From: Cyanophyceae cyanobacterium
GTDB taxonomy: Bacteria > Cyanobacteriota > Cyanobacteriia > Cyanobacteriales > JBHJGN01
Assembly (NCBI GenBank): GCA_050331735.1
Contig: JBHJGN010000019.1
Span: 80,169 to 144,168 of the forward strand
Reading direction: 5' to 3'
DNA length: 64,000 bases
Part shown: piece by piece, positions 47,628-55,987 of the stretch
How positions within the stretch are numbered: the first letter of the stretch is position 1
Layout of the letters: every line of letters begins with the position of its first letter
The notes under the pieces: generated by a model
What the model saw: the letters and a program-made list of their open reading frames with translations, nothing else
Told to the model about the DNA's origin: nothing
Databases searched by the model: none
Translations under genes and position numbers: made by a program

Positions 47628-48233
47628 TTAACCTGATGCAGGAGGTTTAGTAATAATCTGGTCAATTAAACTGTAGGCTTTTGCTTCTTTGGCATTGAGA
47701 AAAAACTCTCTTTGCGTGTCGTGTTCGATTAACTCGACAGAACGACCCGTATTGGCAGCGAATATTCGATTAACTGTTTCTCTTTGAGACAAAATTTCTT
47801 GGACGGCTATTTCAAGATCGGTTGCTCTTCCTTGAGCATTTCCCGCTGGTTGCTGCATCCTGATACGAGCATTCGGCAAAGCATATCTTTTACCCTTGGT
47901 TCCCGACGACAGCAACAGTGCTCCTCCTAAAGCCGCCGCGCCCACACAAACCGTACAAACCTCTGCATGAAGCTGTTGCAGGGTATCGTGAATAGCGATC
48001 GCCGCCGCTACTGAACCGCCAGAGCTATTAATGTACAAGAAAATATCCCGTTCTGACTCTGCATTGAGAAACAGCAGTTGGGCAATGATTTGATTCGCCG
48101 TTGCTTCTGTCAGTTCGCCTCGCAAAAAGACTATTCTCTGCTCGAGGAGACGGGAATAAATATCAAAGGCTTGCTCTGTTTTGTTAATTAGTGGAAGATT
48201 GATGGGGATATCCGGTTCAAAAGGAGAGTTCAT
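47628..48233 (-). CDS. ClpP-family protein lacking the catalytic triad (ClpR-like)
   Basis: ORF of 201 aa that aligns with ClpP throughout. The triad positions read AALGG (Ser to Leu), RMQQP (His to Gln) and TQREFF (Asp to Glu). Confidence 0.8.
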   Translation of the reverse strand: MNSPFEPDIPINLPLINKTEQAFDIYSRLLEQRIVFLRGELTEATANQIIAQLLFLNAESERDIFLYINSSGGSVAAAIAIHDTLQQLHAEVCTVCVGAAALGGALLLSSGTKGKRYALPNARIRMQQPAGNAQGRATDLEIAVQEILSQRETVNRIFAANTGRSVELIEHDTQREFFLNAKEAKAYSLIDQIITKPPASG

Positions 48234-48297
48234 TATGTTTATCTCCGTGCAAATCTAAGTTGGTAACGTTTCAAGTATTTGCTGATCTTCTGGGTGT

Positions 48298-49143
48298 TCA
48301 ACTGTGCTGTTGACGAGCAAGAGAGTGCTTCACCTGAGTTACATCTACTTCAGGCATATGTAACTCAACTAATGCTACTGTTTCAGCTATTAATTCTTTA
48401 AGCTGGTGAACAGTAGATAAAGGTTCTTGATGATAGAGACTTTCAAGCCGTTCATAGAGATTTTGGGGAGCAATATTCATCTGGTCGATGAACTGTTTCA
48501 TCCGTTTAAACTGAAACGTCGTATAGTACATGCGATTTAGTCCCGCTAGAATGCCCAAGATATTTTGTCCGGCTTCTAGGCGTACTTGATGCTGAAAGAG
48601 TGTAGTATCTCTGGCAGCGAAGTTTTCCTGTAAAGCCCACAACGGGAAAAAACTCAAATAATTTTCCACCATTGCCTGTGCCAAAGCGTCTGGATAGTCA
48701 GCAATCTGCCTCTTCCATTGGGAAATCAGCGCCTCGCCGTACAAAGGAATACAGTTAAGCATTCCCGAAAGCGCTTTTTGTAGGGGAGACACGTCCAGTT
48801 CTTGAAGGACTGTTCTTATGTCTTGTTCCCAAAACGCAATGGTCATGTTGCCGATTTGGAACTCTACACCATCGACAAAATAAAATTCGCCAAAAAAACC
48901 ATCGCTGCGATCGCCTAAAGTCAATGTTGGTTCAGAACCAAGATTTTGCTGGCGGGCCAATTGGAGCTTTTCGATAGCAGGCAGTTCATCGTAGTAAATA
49001 AACATCTCTACATCCGAATAGCAATCCGCTTGCCCTTGAGCAACAGAACCCGTCACCATTGCGGCTTTGGCTTCGGGATTAGCAATGTAGGCTTTGACGC
49101 TTCGTTGTGCCAAATTAAAAAGGTATTGACTCGCTTCGTTCAT
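48298..49143 (-). CDS. Nucleotidyltransferase-fold (Pol-beta superfamily) protein
   Basis: The ORF is 48298-49191 and I prefer the ATG at 49143, which overlaps the upstream stop as ATGA. The motif is GSVAQGQADCYSDVEM, which fits G[SG]-x(9-13)-D-x-[DE]. Confidence 0.65.
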   Translation of the reverse strand: MNEASQYLFNLAQRSVKAYIANPEAKAAMVTGSVAQGQADCYSDVEMFIYYDELPAIEKLQLARQQNLGSEPTLTLGDRSDGFFGEFYFVDGVEFQIGNMTIAFWEQDIRTVLQELDVSPLQKALSGMLNCIPLYGEALISQWKRQIADYPDALAQAMVENYLSFFPLWALQENFAARDTTLFQHQVRLEAGQNILGILAGLNRMYYTTFQFKRMKQFIDQMNIAPQNLYERLESLYHQEPLSTVHQLKELIAETVALVELHMPEVDVTQVKHSLARQQHS

Positions 49144-49673
49144 GATTTTTTTGGCAGTGTTTCCATTAAGTTGGCAAGGCGATACTCCCACTCCTCTTTT
49201 GTGGCTAAATCAATAACACAGTCGTTCGCTGCTTTTAGTCTGAGCGTATTAATCGAGGGGAGATTAAATGTCAGTGCAGAAGGACTCCAATTAGACTCGT
49301 ACAGGAACGGATTGCGAATAGCCTCTGGTTCTAGCTGCTGTCCCTGTAGCGCGACGGCGAAGCCATACTTCTGATGCGTTAACTGTAGCTGCGTTCCGTC
49401 CTCTACTGGTGTTAGCGTCCAGATCACCAGCGTCGTCTCACCCGTCATATCTTGCCAAGTGTAGGCAAGACGTTTGGGAGCAACGAGTTCTACAACCTCG
49501 CATTCAATCGCCTCTAGTCCCGGTAAAGAAGGTTCAAACCTGAATTTATGCCCCAGTTTCGGTTCAAAATCATTCTTCATCATCCAGGTATTTAAAGCGC
49601 GGCGATCCACTAACGCACTCCACACCCGCTGCGGTGGATGAGGATAAAAAACGCTTAGCTTGACTTCTCTCAT
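49140..49673 (-). CDS. SRPBCC (AHSA1/Aha1-like) domain protein
   Basis: The ORF is 49140-49745 and I prefer the ATG at 49673, which overlaps the ArsR stop as ATGA. It reads VFYPHPPQRVWSALVDRRALNTWMM...KLGHKFRF. Confidence 0.8.
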   Translation of the reverse strand: MREVKLSVFYPHPPQRVWSALVDRRALNTWMMKNDFEPKLGHKFRFEPSLPGLEAIECEVVELVAPKRLAYTWQDMTGETTLVIWTLTPVEDGTQLQLTHQKYGFAVALQGQQLEPEAIRNPFLYESNWSPSALTFNLPSINTLRLKAANDCVIDLATKEEWEYRLANLMETLPKKS

Positions 49674-49993
49674 GCATTGTCCTCCAAATAGTCCTCTAGG
49701 GCAGCGAGTTTTTCTTGCCAGAACTGCTCGTAGTGACCCACCCAATCAGACACCTGCTGCAACGGTTCTGAATTGAGCCGATAAAAACGCTGCCGTCCGA
49801 CTCGCCGCTGCTGGACTAATCCTGCCTCACACAACACGCTGAGATGCTGCGATACGGCAGGTAAAGACATTGCAAACGGCACTGCTAGTTGTTTAACAGG
49901 CTGTTCTCCCTGACGAAGCTGATCTAAAATGGCTCGTCGCGTGGGGTCGGCGATCGCCTGAAACACATCGGCGCTGGCAGAAATTCGGCTCAT
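49670..49993 (-). CDS. ArsR/SmtB-family transcriptional regulator
   Basis: ORF with an ATG at 49993. The winged HTH reads VFQAIADPTRRAILDQLRQGEQPVKQLAVPFAMSLPAVSQHLSVLCEAGLV. Confidence 0.88.
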   Translation of the reverse strand: MSRISASADVFQAIADPTRRAILDQLRQGEQPVKQLAVPFAMSLPAVSQHLSVLCEAGLVQQRRVGRQRFYRLNSEPLQQVSDWVGHYEQFWQEKLAALEDYLEDNA

Positions 49994-50171
49994 ACACAAA
50001 CAATTAAGATTTTCCTTAACTATACTAATAATAGGTAAGTAATTACTTAAGTGTCAAGGGTAACGGGCAGCGTTCAGGTTGGCTAAAAATTCAATCTGAG
50101 TTTTGTGTAGCATTTAATACACTTCTCTTTTGGGAAAAACCTGTACTCTGCTACTGTGAATAATTATTTCG

Positions 50172-50280
50172 AGCGCTTCTAGGGTTCCGATTTAAAGCTC
50201 CTTTAAATGTCTGGTCCGAGAGAAGCAGGCTATCTCTTCAAGGAAGATAGCTCCACGGCGGGAAAAAAGCCCGGGAGGAT
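50172..50280 (+). promoter_or_regulatory. Guanidine-I (ykkC) riboswitch aptamer
   Basis: The conserved blocks were read directly: CUAGGGUUCCG (50179-50189), the hairpin atttaaag-ctc-ctttaaat, GGUCCGAGAG (50213-50222), the hairpin gctatct...agatagc, and ACGGCGGGAAAAAAGCCCGGGAG (50255-50277). It lies about 70 nt upstream of an arginase-family gene. Confidence 0.88.
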
Positions 50281-50320
50281 TTGATGCTGAAATAGTATCG
50301 CTCTTCTTGGGTGTTTTTTA
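50270..50320 (+). terminator. Riboswitch expression platform: intrinsic terminator overlapping the aptamer 3' strand
   Basis: Lower stem cccgggagga (50270-50279) pairs with tcttcttggg (50302-50311), with 3 G-U pairs. Upper stem gatgct (50283-50288) pairs with agtatc (50294-50299). The run tgtttttta follows. The terminator competes with the GCCCGGGAG segment of the aptamer, as expected for an ON switch. Confidence 0.6.
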
Positions 50321-50345
50321 TTGATAGGTAAGCGGAGGAATTTTA

Positions 50346-51539
50346 ATGAGCGGACAACCCCCATTCCAGCCACCCGGTAACAACGGCAATAGCTACGCTA
50401 GCGAAGCGCAGCGAGCATTAGAGAGAGAAAGAAACCTGCCCATGACCGGGTGGCAACAAGAAGTCGATCAGGGGTTAGAGTACGGTTTAGAAGCCGCTGA
50501 CAGCATCCGCGATCGCACCATTTCGACGTTTTCGCGGGGGGAATTACCGCACTACGCGGGTATTAACACCTTTCTCAAAGCTCCCTACATTGAAGATGTT
50601 CGCACAGTCGGCAACTACGATGTCGCGATCATCGGCGTTCCTCATGACTCAGGCACCACCTATCGCCCCGGGACTCGGTTTGGACCGCAAGGTATCCGAC
50701 AAATTTCAGCGCTGTACACGCCCTATAACTTTGAATTTGGCGTAGATTTGCGAGAACAAATTACTCTCTGCGATGTCGGGGATATCTTTACCATTCCCGG
50801 CAACAACGAAAAATCCTTCGACCAGATTTCTAAAGGGATCGCTCACGTTTTTAGTTCTGGCGCTTTTCCGATTATTTTAGGCGGCGACCACTCCATTGGC
50901 TTTCCCACCGTTCGCGGCGTTTGTCGCCATCTCGGGGATAAAAAAGTCGGCATTATTCACTTCGATCGCCATGCGGATACGCAAGAAACTGACTTGGACG
51001 AACGGATGCACACCTGTCCCTGGTTTCATGCCACCAATATGGAAAATGCCCCGGCGAAAAATTTAGTGCAGATGGGGATTGGCGGCTGGCAAGTGCCGCG
51101 TGCGGGGGTTAAAGTTTGCCGAGAACGAGAGACGGGCATTCTCACCGTCACCGATATTACGGAAATGGGCTTAGACGCGGCGGCGGATTTTGCCATTGAA
51201 AGAGCCACAGACGGCACCGACTGCGTTTATATCAGCTTCGACATCGACTGCATCGATGCAGGCTTTGTCCCCGGTACGGGCTGGCCTGAACCCGGTGGCT
51301 TACTGCCCCGCGAGGTTTTGTATCTGCTCAAAAAGATCGTGCAAAATACCCCTGTTTGCGGCTTAGAAGTGGTTGAGGTTTCTCCCCCCTACGACGTTAG
51401 CTCCATGACCGCGCTGATGGCCACTCGCGTGATTTGCGATACGATGGCGCATCTGGTGCTGTCGGGACAACTGCCGCGATCGCAAACCCCGGCTTACATT
51501 CACTCCGAAGCTCAGCAGGTCGATTCTCCGTGGAACTAG
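50346..51539 (+). CDS. gdmH: Arginase/agmatinase-family hydrolase, probable Ni-dependent guanidine hydrolase (GdmH-like)
   Basis: ORF of 397 aa with GGAGGA upstream. Ureohydrolase metal motifs are GGDHSIGF, HFDRHADT and SFDIDCIDAGFVPGTG. The specific call rests on context: a guanidine-I riboswitch upstream and hypA/hypB-like genes downstream. Confidence 0.75.
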   Translation: MSGQPPFQPPGNNGNSYASEAQRALERERNLPMTGWQQEVDQGLEYGLEAADSIRDRTISTFSRGELPHYAGINTFLKAPYIEDVRTVGNYDVAIIGVPHDSGTTYRPGTRFGPQGIRQISALYTPYNFEFGVDLREQITLCDVGDIFTIPGNNEKSFDQISKGIAHVFSSGAFPIILGGDHSIGFPTVRGVCRHLGDKKVGIIHFDRHADTQETDLDERMHTCPWFHATNMENAPAKNLVQMGIGGWQVPRAGVKVCRERETGILTVTDITEMGLDAAADFAIERATDGTDCVYISFDIDCIDAGFVPGTGWPEPGGLLPREVLYLLKKIVQNTPVCGLEVVEVSPPYDVSSMTALMATRVICDTMAHLVLSGQLPRSQTPAYIHSEAQQVDSPWN

Positions 51540-51542
51540 GGA

Positions 51543-51695
51543 GCGCCGCAGGCGCAGGGGAAGGAGGAAAGGGAGGGTAGGGAGGGTGATGAAGTTTATC
51601 CCTAGCCCTGTGTTCTTTTCCCGTCCCGCCAGGAACAGTTTCCCCTTTACCCGTTCCGTAGGAACAATTTCCCCCTTCCCCGTCCCGCCAGGGAC
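51543..51695. repeat. Modular repeat copy between the hydrolase and hypA-like genes
   Basis: GCGCC-gca-GGCGC (51543-51555), G tract 51556-51587, core ...ccctgtgttc. Then ttttccc GTCCC-gcca-GGaAC, GTTCC-gta-GGAAC (51653-51665) and GTCCC-gcca-GGGAC (51682-51695). Confidence 0.85.
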
Positions 51696-51748
51696 AAACC
51701 TCCACAAGCTATCGGCTTACGCAGAACTAGAAGAGAAAAGGTGTTTCA

Positions 51749-52120
51749 ATGCACGAAACTGATATGACGAAGGCTCTCATTATCACGGTTAGGGATTGGT
51801 GGGAGACGCAGCCGGAATCGCCCAAAATTAACAAGATTCATCTAATTGTGGGGCAGTTTACCTGTGTTGAACCGGTGAGTTTACAGTTTGCTTTTGAGGC
51901 TCAAACTCGTGACACCTTTCTAGAAGGAGTTGAACTAGCCATTAAAGAAACACCTCTCATTGCTTACTGCCATCGCTGTCAGCAGGAATACAAACCTAAG
52001 CTAGGACTGCAATATGCTTGTCCTGAGTGCCAAGCACCGATGGAAGATATTCGCTCTGGACGAGAATTGAAAATCGACCGTATCGAATATTCAGAGCAAG
52101 CAAACTCCATTCACGGATAA
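51749..52120 (+). CDS. hypA: HypA-family nickel-insertion protein (GhaA-like accessory protein)
   Basis: ORF of 123 aa with an MHE start and the zinc site CHRCQQEY...CPECQ. Confidence 0.85.
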   Translation: MHETDMTKALIITVRDWWETQPESPKINKIHLIVGQFTCVEPVSLQFAFEAQTRDTFLEGVELAIKETPLIAYCHRCQQEYKPKLGLQYACPECQAPMEDIRSGRELKIDRIEYSEQANSIHG

Positions 52121-52130
52121 CTGAAAAACT

Positions 52131-52829
52131 ATGCATCAAACATTCGACGCAGCTTTAGAAGTTAATTTACTCCATGCTAATCAGCAGGGCGCAGACCACA
52201 ATCGAGAACATTTCGATCGCTGGGGGATTACCTGTCTCAATATTATGAGCAGTCCTGGGGCGGGAAAAACGGTGTTGCTCGAACAAACCCTCAAGGCGCT
52301 GACAACAAAGTTTAAGATAGCCGTTATTGAAGGAGATATGACGACCGAACTGGATGCTGACCGCCTGCGCCAGTATAACGTTCCCGTGATTCCCATCAAT
52401 ACCGGACGTTCCTGCCATCTTGATTCAAAAATGGTGGCGGGAGGGTTGCATACTCTCGAACAGCACTATCAGCCCCAAGATTTTGATTTAGTATTGGTGG
52501 AAAACGTTGGTAATCTTGTTTGTCCTGCGGAATTTGAGGTGGGAGAACACGCGAAAGTGGCGCTTCTTAGCGTTACAGAAGGAGAAGATAAGCCTTTAAA
52601 GTATCCGGTGATGTTTCAAGAAGCAGATTGTTTATTAATCACTAAAACTGATTTAGCACCTTATCTAGACATTGATCTAGAAAAGATTAGGGCCAACGTG
52701 CGGCAAATGAACCCCCAGGTAGCCATTATTTCTGTATCCGCTAAGACAGGTGATGGGTTAGAAACGTGGTTCGATTGGATTGGGAACTGTATTCAGCAAA
52801 ATCGAGCAAAGTTGGCAGCGACGGCTTAA
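52131..52829 (+). CDS. hypB: HypB-family nickel-dependent GTPase (GhaB-like accessory protein)
   Basis: ORF of 232 aa with the P-loop [20 protein letters not shown] and ITKTDL. Confidence 0.88.
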   Translation: MHQTFDAALEVNLLHANQQGADHNREHFDRWGITCLNIMSSPGAGKTVLLEQTLKALTTKFKIAVIEGDMTTELDADRLRQYNVPVIPINTGRSCHLDSKMVAGGLHTLEQHYQPQDFDLVLVENVGNLVCPAEFEVGEHAKVALLSVTEGEDKPLKYPVMFQEADCLLITKTDLAPYLDIDLEKIRANVRQMNPQVAIISVSAKTGDGLETWFDWIGNCIQQNRAKLAATA

Positions 52830-52860
52830 AAATAGCTGTTATCCATCAGCCTGAGAAATC

Positions 52861-52881
52861 TAATAGCTAATAGCTAATAGC
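52861..52881. repeat. Three perfect TAATAGC heptamers (STRR-like)
   Basis: The sequence taatagctaatagctaatagc was read directly, between the hypB-like and symporter genes. Confidence 0.85.
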
Positions 52882-52919
52882 TATTTCAATATAATATCGG
52901 TCTAAAACGAGGAGAAATA

Positions 52920-54407
52920 ATGACTGAAACACTTTTATTTTGGGGAATTTTACTATTCCTTTTTGCAACCATCGGCATCGGCATTTGGGCAGCTAAGCAA
53001 GTCAAAGGGGATAGTGAAAACTACCTCGTCGCCGGTAGGGGACTAGTTTTACCTCTAGCAGCAGCAACTCTGATGGCCCAATCCGTTGACTCCAACGCGA
53101 CTTTAGGAAACACGGATTTGTCGGCGGAATTTGGTTTTTGGGCGGGGGCATCTTTGCCTCTAGGTTTAGCTCTCTGTTTGTTCATGACGGCACTTTTCTT
53201 TGCTAAACCAATGAACCGCATGGGACTAATTACCTTACCGGATTTCTATCGCGTTAAATACAATCGCCTCACTGAAGTCGTGGCATCTGTTCTAATGGTG
53301 TTGAGCTTTGCTTTTCTATTGGCTGGAAACATGGTTGCCGGCGGCTACCTGTTTGAAGCTTTTTTAGGAACGAGCTATACGGCAGGAGTGATGATGCTGG
53401 CGATTGTTGTTTTTATCTATACGGCAAGCGGAGGACTGTTTGCCGTAGCCTATACGGATGCAATTCAAGTAGCGATCGCCTTTGTTGGTTCGATTAGTCT
53501 CTTTGCCTTTATTATCGCCAACTTTGGTTTAACCATTCCAGCGGGTACAGGTCCGTTTGCGTTGGCTCAACTCACCGATCCGGCTATGGGAGCAGCGATC
53601 AACTGGGCAACACTTTTGGCTTTAGGATTAGGGGATATTGTCGCTGTCGATTTTATGGCGCGAGTCTTTGCCGCAGAAAGTCCAGAAACGGCTCAAAGAG
53701 CCTGCTTAATTGGCTGTGCAGGGACGATTATCATCGGAGTTCCATTTTCCTTGATTGCGCTCTCGGCAAACGACATACTGGCAGCAGCCGGAGTGAGTGC
53801 TGATGGACCGATTCTGTTTGCTCTCCTCGGTAGTGTTGTTCCTCCCATTTTGGCACTACTCGTCATCGTAGCAATCTTATCAGCTTCTCTATCCACCGCC
53901 GATGGAGCCATTTTAGGCACATCTTCAGTCATCGCTCATAACATCATTGGTATTCGTCACGACGACCATACAGCAGGCGGAGACAGACTCCTATTGGTCA
54001 CCCGCGCTATGGCTTTGGTTATGACGCTGTTTGGGGTTTTCTTTGCCTTGAGAGTTCCCCAAACCGGAGTGTTACTATTGCTCGCTTTCGATCTGGGGTT
54101 TGCCGGATTGCTTGTTCCGCTTGCTGGCGGACTCTACTGGCCTAAATCGACTTGGCAGGGCGCACTTTCCTGCATCATTTTAGGATCGCTGACGCGATTA
54201 GTAATGTTTGTGTTGATGCCAACTATGTTTGGAAGCGAAAATACGCTGCTGTATATTCCTAACAACTTATTTACAGCAGATTTCGATGGGTTTCCGACCC
54301 TGATCAGTCCTCTGGTGGGGTTGGTTGCGTTTATCGTCGTGTCTAACATGACGAAGAAAGGAGAAGTGTCAACAGAGGAACGAGAGGCCCAATTATATCG
54401 CGGCTGA
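52920..54407 (+). CDS. Sodium:solute symporter (SSS) family transporter
   Basis: ORF of 495 aa, about 13 TM, with an SSS-like N-terminus (YLVAGRGLVLPLAAATLMAQSVDSNATLG). Confidence 0.85.
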   Translation: MTETLLFWGILLFLFATIGIGIWAAKQVKGDSENYLVAGRGLVLPLAAATLMAQSVDSNATLGNTDLSAEFGFWAGASLPLGLALCLFMTALFFAKPMNRMGLITLPDFYRVKYNRLTEVVASVLMVLSFAFLLAGNMVAGGYLFEAFLGTSYTAGVMMLAIVVFIYTASGGLFAVAYTDAIQVAIAFVGSISLFAFIIANFGLTIPAGTGPFALAQLTDPAMGAAINWATLLALGLGDIVAVDFMARVFAAESPETAQRACLIGCAGTIIIGVPFSLIALSANDILAAAGVSADGPILFALLGSVVPPILALLVIVAILSASLSTADGAILGTSSVIAHNIIGIRHDDHTAGGDRLLLVTRAMALVMTLFGVFFALRVPQTGVLLLLAFDLGFAGLLVPLAGGLYWPKSTWQGALSCIILGSLTRLVMFVLMPTMFGSENTLLYIPNNLFTADFDGFPTLISPLVGLVAFIVVSNMTKKGEVSTEEREAQLYRG

Positions 54408-54557
54408 TCGCCGTTGCTCTTGTTGGCGGCTACACAGAGGGCTTGGAGAAAGGGCAATACCAATTGAGTAAGGGTAAAGGGAAATTGTTCTTTTCCCTAA
54501 ACTTAAGCTCAATCTTGGAATTTTTGAGGACGACTGCCTCGTTGTTCAAGGTTCAAG

Positions 54558-54917
54558 TTAACGATAGTAAGTCACGCCGCGATATTTTAACTGAATGGGT
54601 TGAGCAGGCTTGGCTGTCTTCTGGGCTTTGCTCAGCGTTAGGTACCAACAGCGCTCAAGTACTTCTAATTCATTCAACAGCAAACAGAAGTTTAAGTATT
54701 GGCGCTTGTGACCATACCAAAACGTTACCGGATCGATCACTGGTTTTGCTTCTGAGCGCTGAAATAGCTGTTTAAGGTACTTAAACAAAGGAAAATGAGG
54801 TTTAATCGTCGCCTTGACGTATCCTTGGCAATGCGCTGGGCGATCGCCTACGGCCACTCCTGATGCCGATTTTGGCTCATCTCCGCTGTACGGTACTCCT
54901 CGATAGATGAGTTTCAT
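54558..54917 (-). CDS. DUF4278 domain protein
   Basis: The ORF is 54558-54932 and I prefer the ATG at 54917. It starts MKLIYRGVPY and ends LKYRGVTYYR, both typical of DUF4278. Confidence 0.75.
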   Translation of the reverse strand: MKLIYRGVPYSGDEPKSASGVAVGDRPAHCQGYVKATIKPHFPLFKYLKQLFQRSEAKPVIDPVTFWYGHKRQYLNFCLLLNELEVLERCWYLTLSKAQKTAKPAQPIQLKYRGVTYYR

Positions 54918-55121
54918 TCGCGCCACCTCCAAAGATGCTGCATTAATTGTGAGGTGCGTTCCTTCAGGATCGTTAAACTTGTCCCTACTTCCGTCTCCCG
55001 GCTAGATATGAAGAGATGAACGGCTTTTGTGCTATATGTTCATGGTAGACAATTTTAAATTGCCCGATATGCTCCATCCGATAGAGATGTTGCCCTTGTT
55101 TGAGCAACGGTGTTGCCGAAG

Positions 55122-55865
55122 CTAGGACGATGACAGGACGCGCTCCAAAAATGCCGTGATTTCTGCCCAGGCAGTATCCGTAGCCGCAGGATCGTAGCGA
55201 TAGCCATCATCCCGCATGAAGGTATGGTTGTTTTCGTAGAGCAGCGACTGGTGGCGCACTCCTGCTTTATCAAAGGCTTGGAGAATTGTTTGCCGACCTT
55301 CCGGGGGAACGTGGGGATCGATCGTCCCAAACAGCGTCAGGACTTCTCCTTTAATTTCACCGACTCGTTCCTTCGTATCCGCAACTCCGCGACCGAGCTT
55401 GCCGCTGTGGATGCCGGTCGGATAGCAGCAGACGGCAGCTTTGACCTGACTTTGTAGCGCCGCTCGTAAGGCTAAATGGCCCCCAATACAAAAGCCCATT
55501 GCGCCCAATTTACTAGGTATTACGGTGTTCTCTGACTGGAGCCACTCCAGAACCGCCTGAGCATCGGCGTCATATTCAGCGATCGCCGTTCGTCGGGCAT
55601 CATCGTTGCCGCGCAGCTTTCCGAGATCGGTCGGTTCGATCGCGGTCCCAATCGGTTCGAGGCGATGAAAGATTTCTGGGGCAGCAACGACGTAGCCGTA
55701 TCCTGCCAGACGATCGGCCAGCAGCGTGATTGGTCTGCCTAACTGGTAAATATCCGAATAAAACAGAATGCCAGGGTATTGCCCTGCTGGTTCTGGGGCA
55801 GCAACGTAGACACGCATCAGGCTATCGTCTACCGTCAACCCCAGATTGCGTTTGGTAATCTGCAA
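55122..55865 (-). CDS. Dienelactone hydrolase family protein
   Basis: ORF of 247 aa with a TTG start and the nucleophile elbow GFCIGGHLAL. Confidence 0.85.
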   Translation of the reverse strand: MQITKRNLGLTVDDSLMRVYVAAPEPAGQYPGILFYSDIYQLGRPITLLADRLAGYGYVVAAPEIFHRLEPIGTAIEPTDLGKLRGNDDARRTAIAEYDADAQAVLEWLQSENTVIPSKLGAMGFCIGGHLALRAALQSQVKAAVCCYPTGIHSGKLGRGVADTKERVGEIKGEVLTLFGTIDPHVPPEGRQTILQAFDKAGVRHQSLLYENNHTFMRDDGYRYDPAATDTAWAEITAFLERVLSSS

Positions 55866-55987
55866 GGGGCTTACTCCTCAAGATCTGGTGATCGTTCCCT
55901 CACAATCTATAGCAGACTGCTCGTTTTGGCAAAGCCCTATGCCTCAGTTTGTCTCTTGTTATTCCTACCAACGAAAGGACAAATTCT

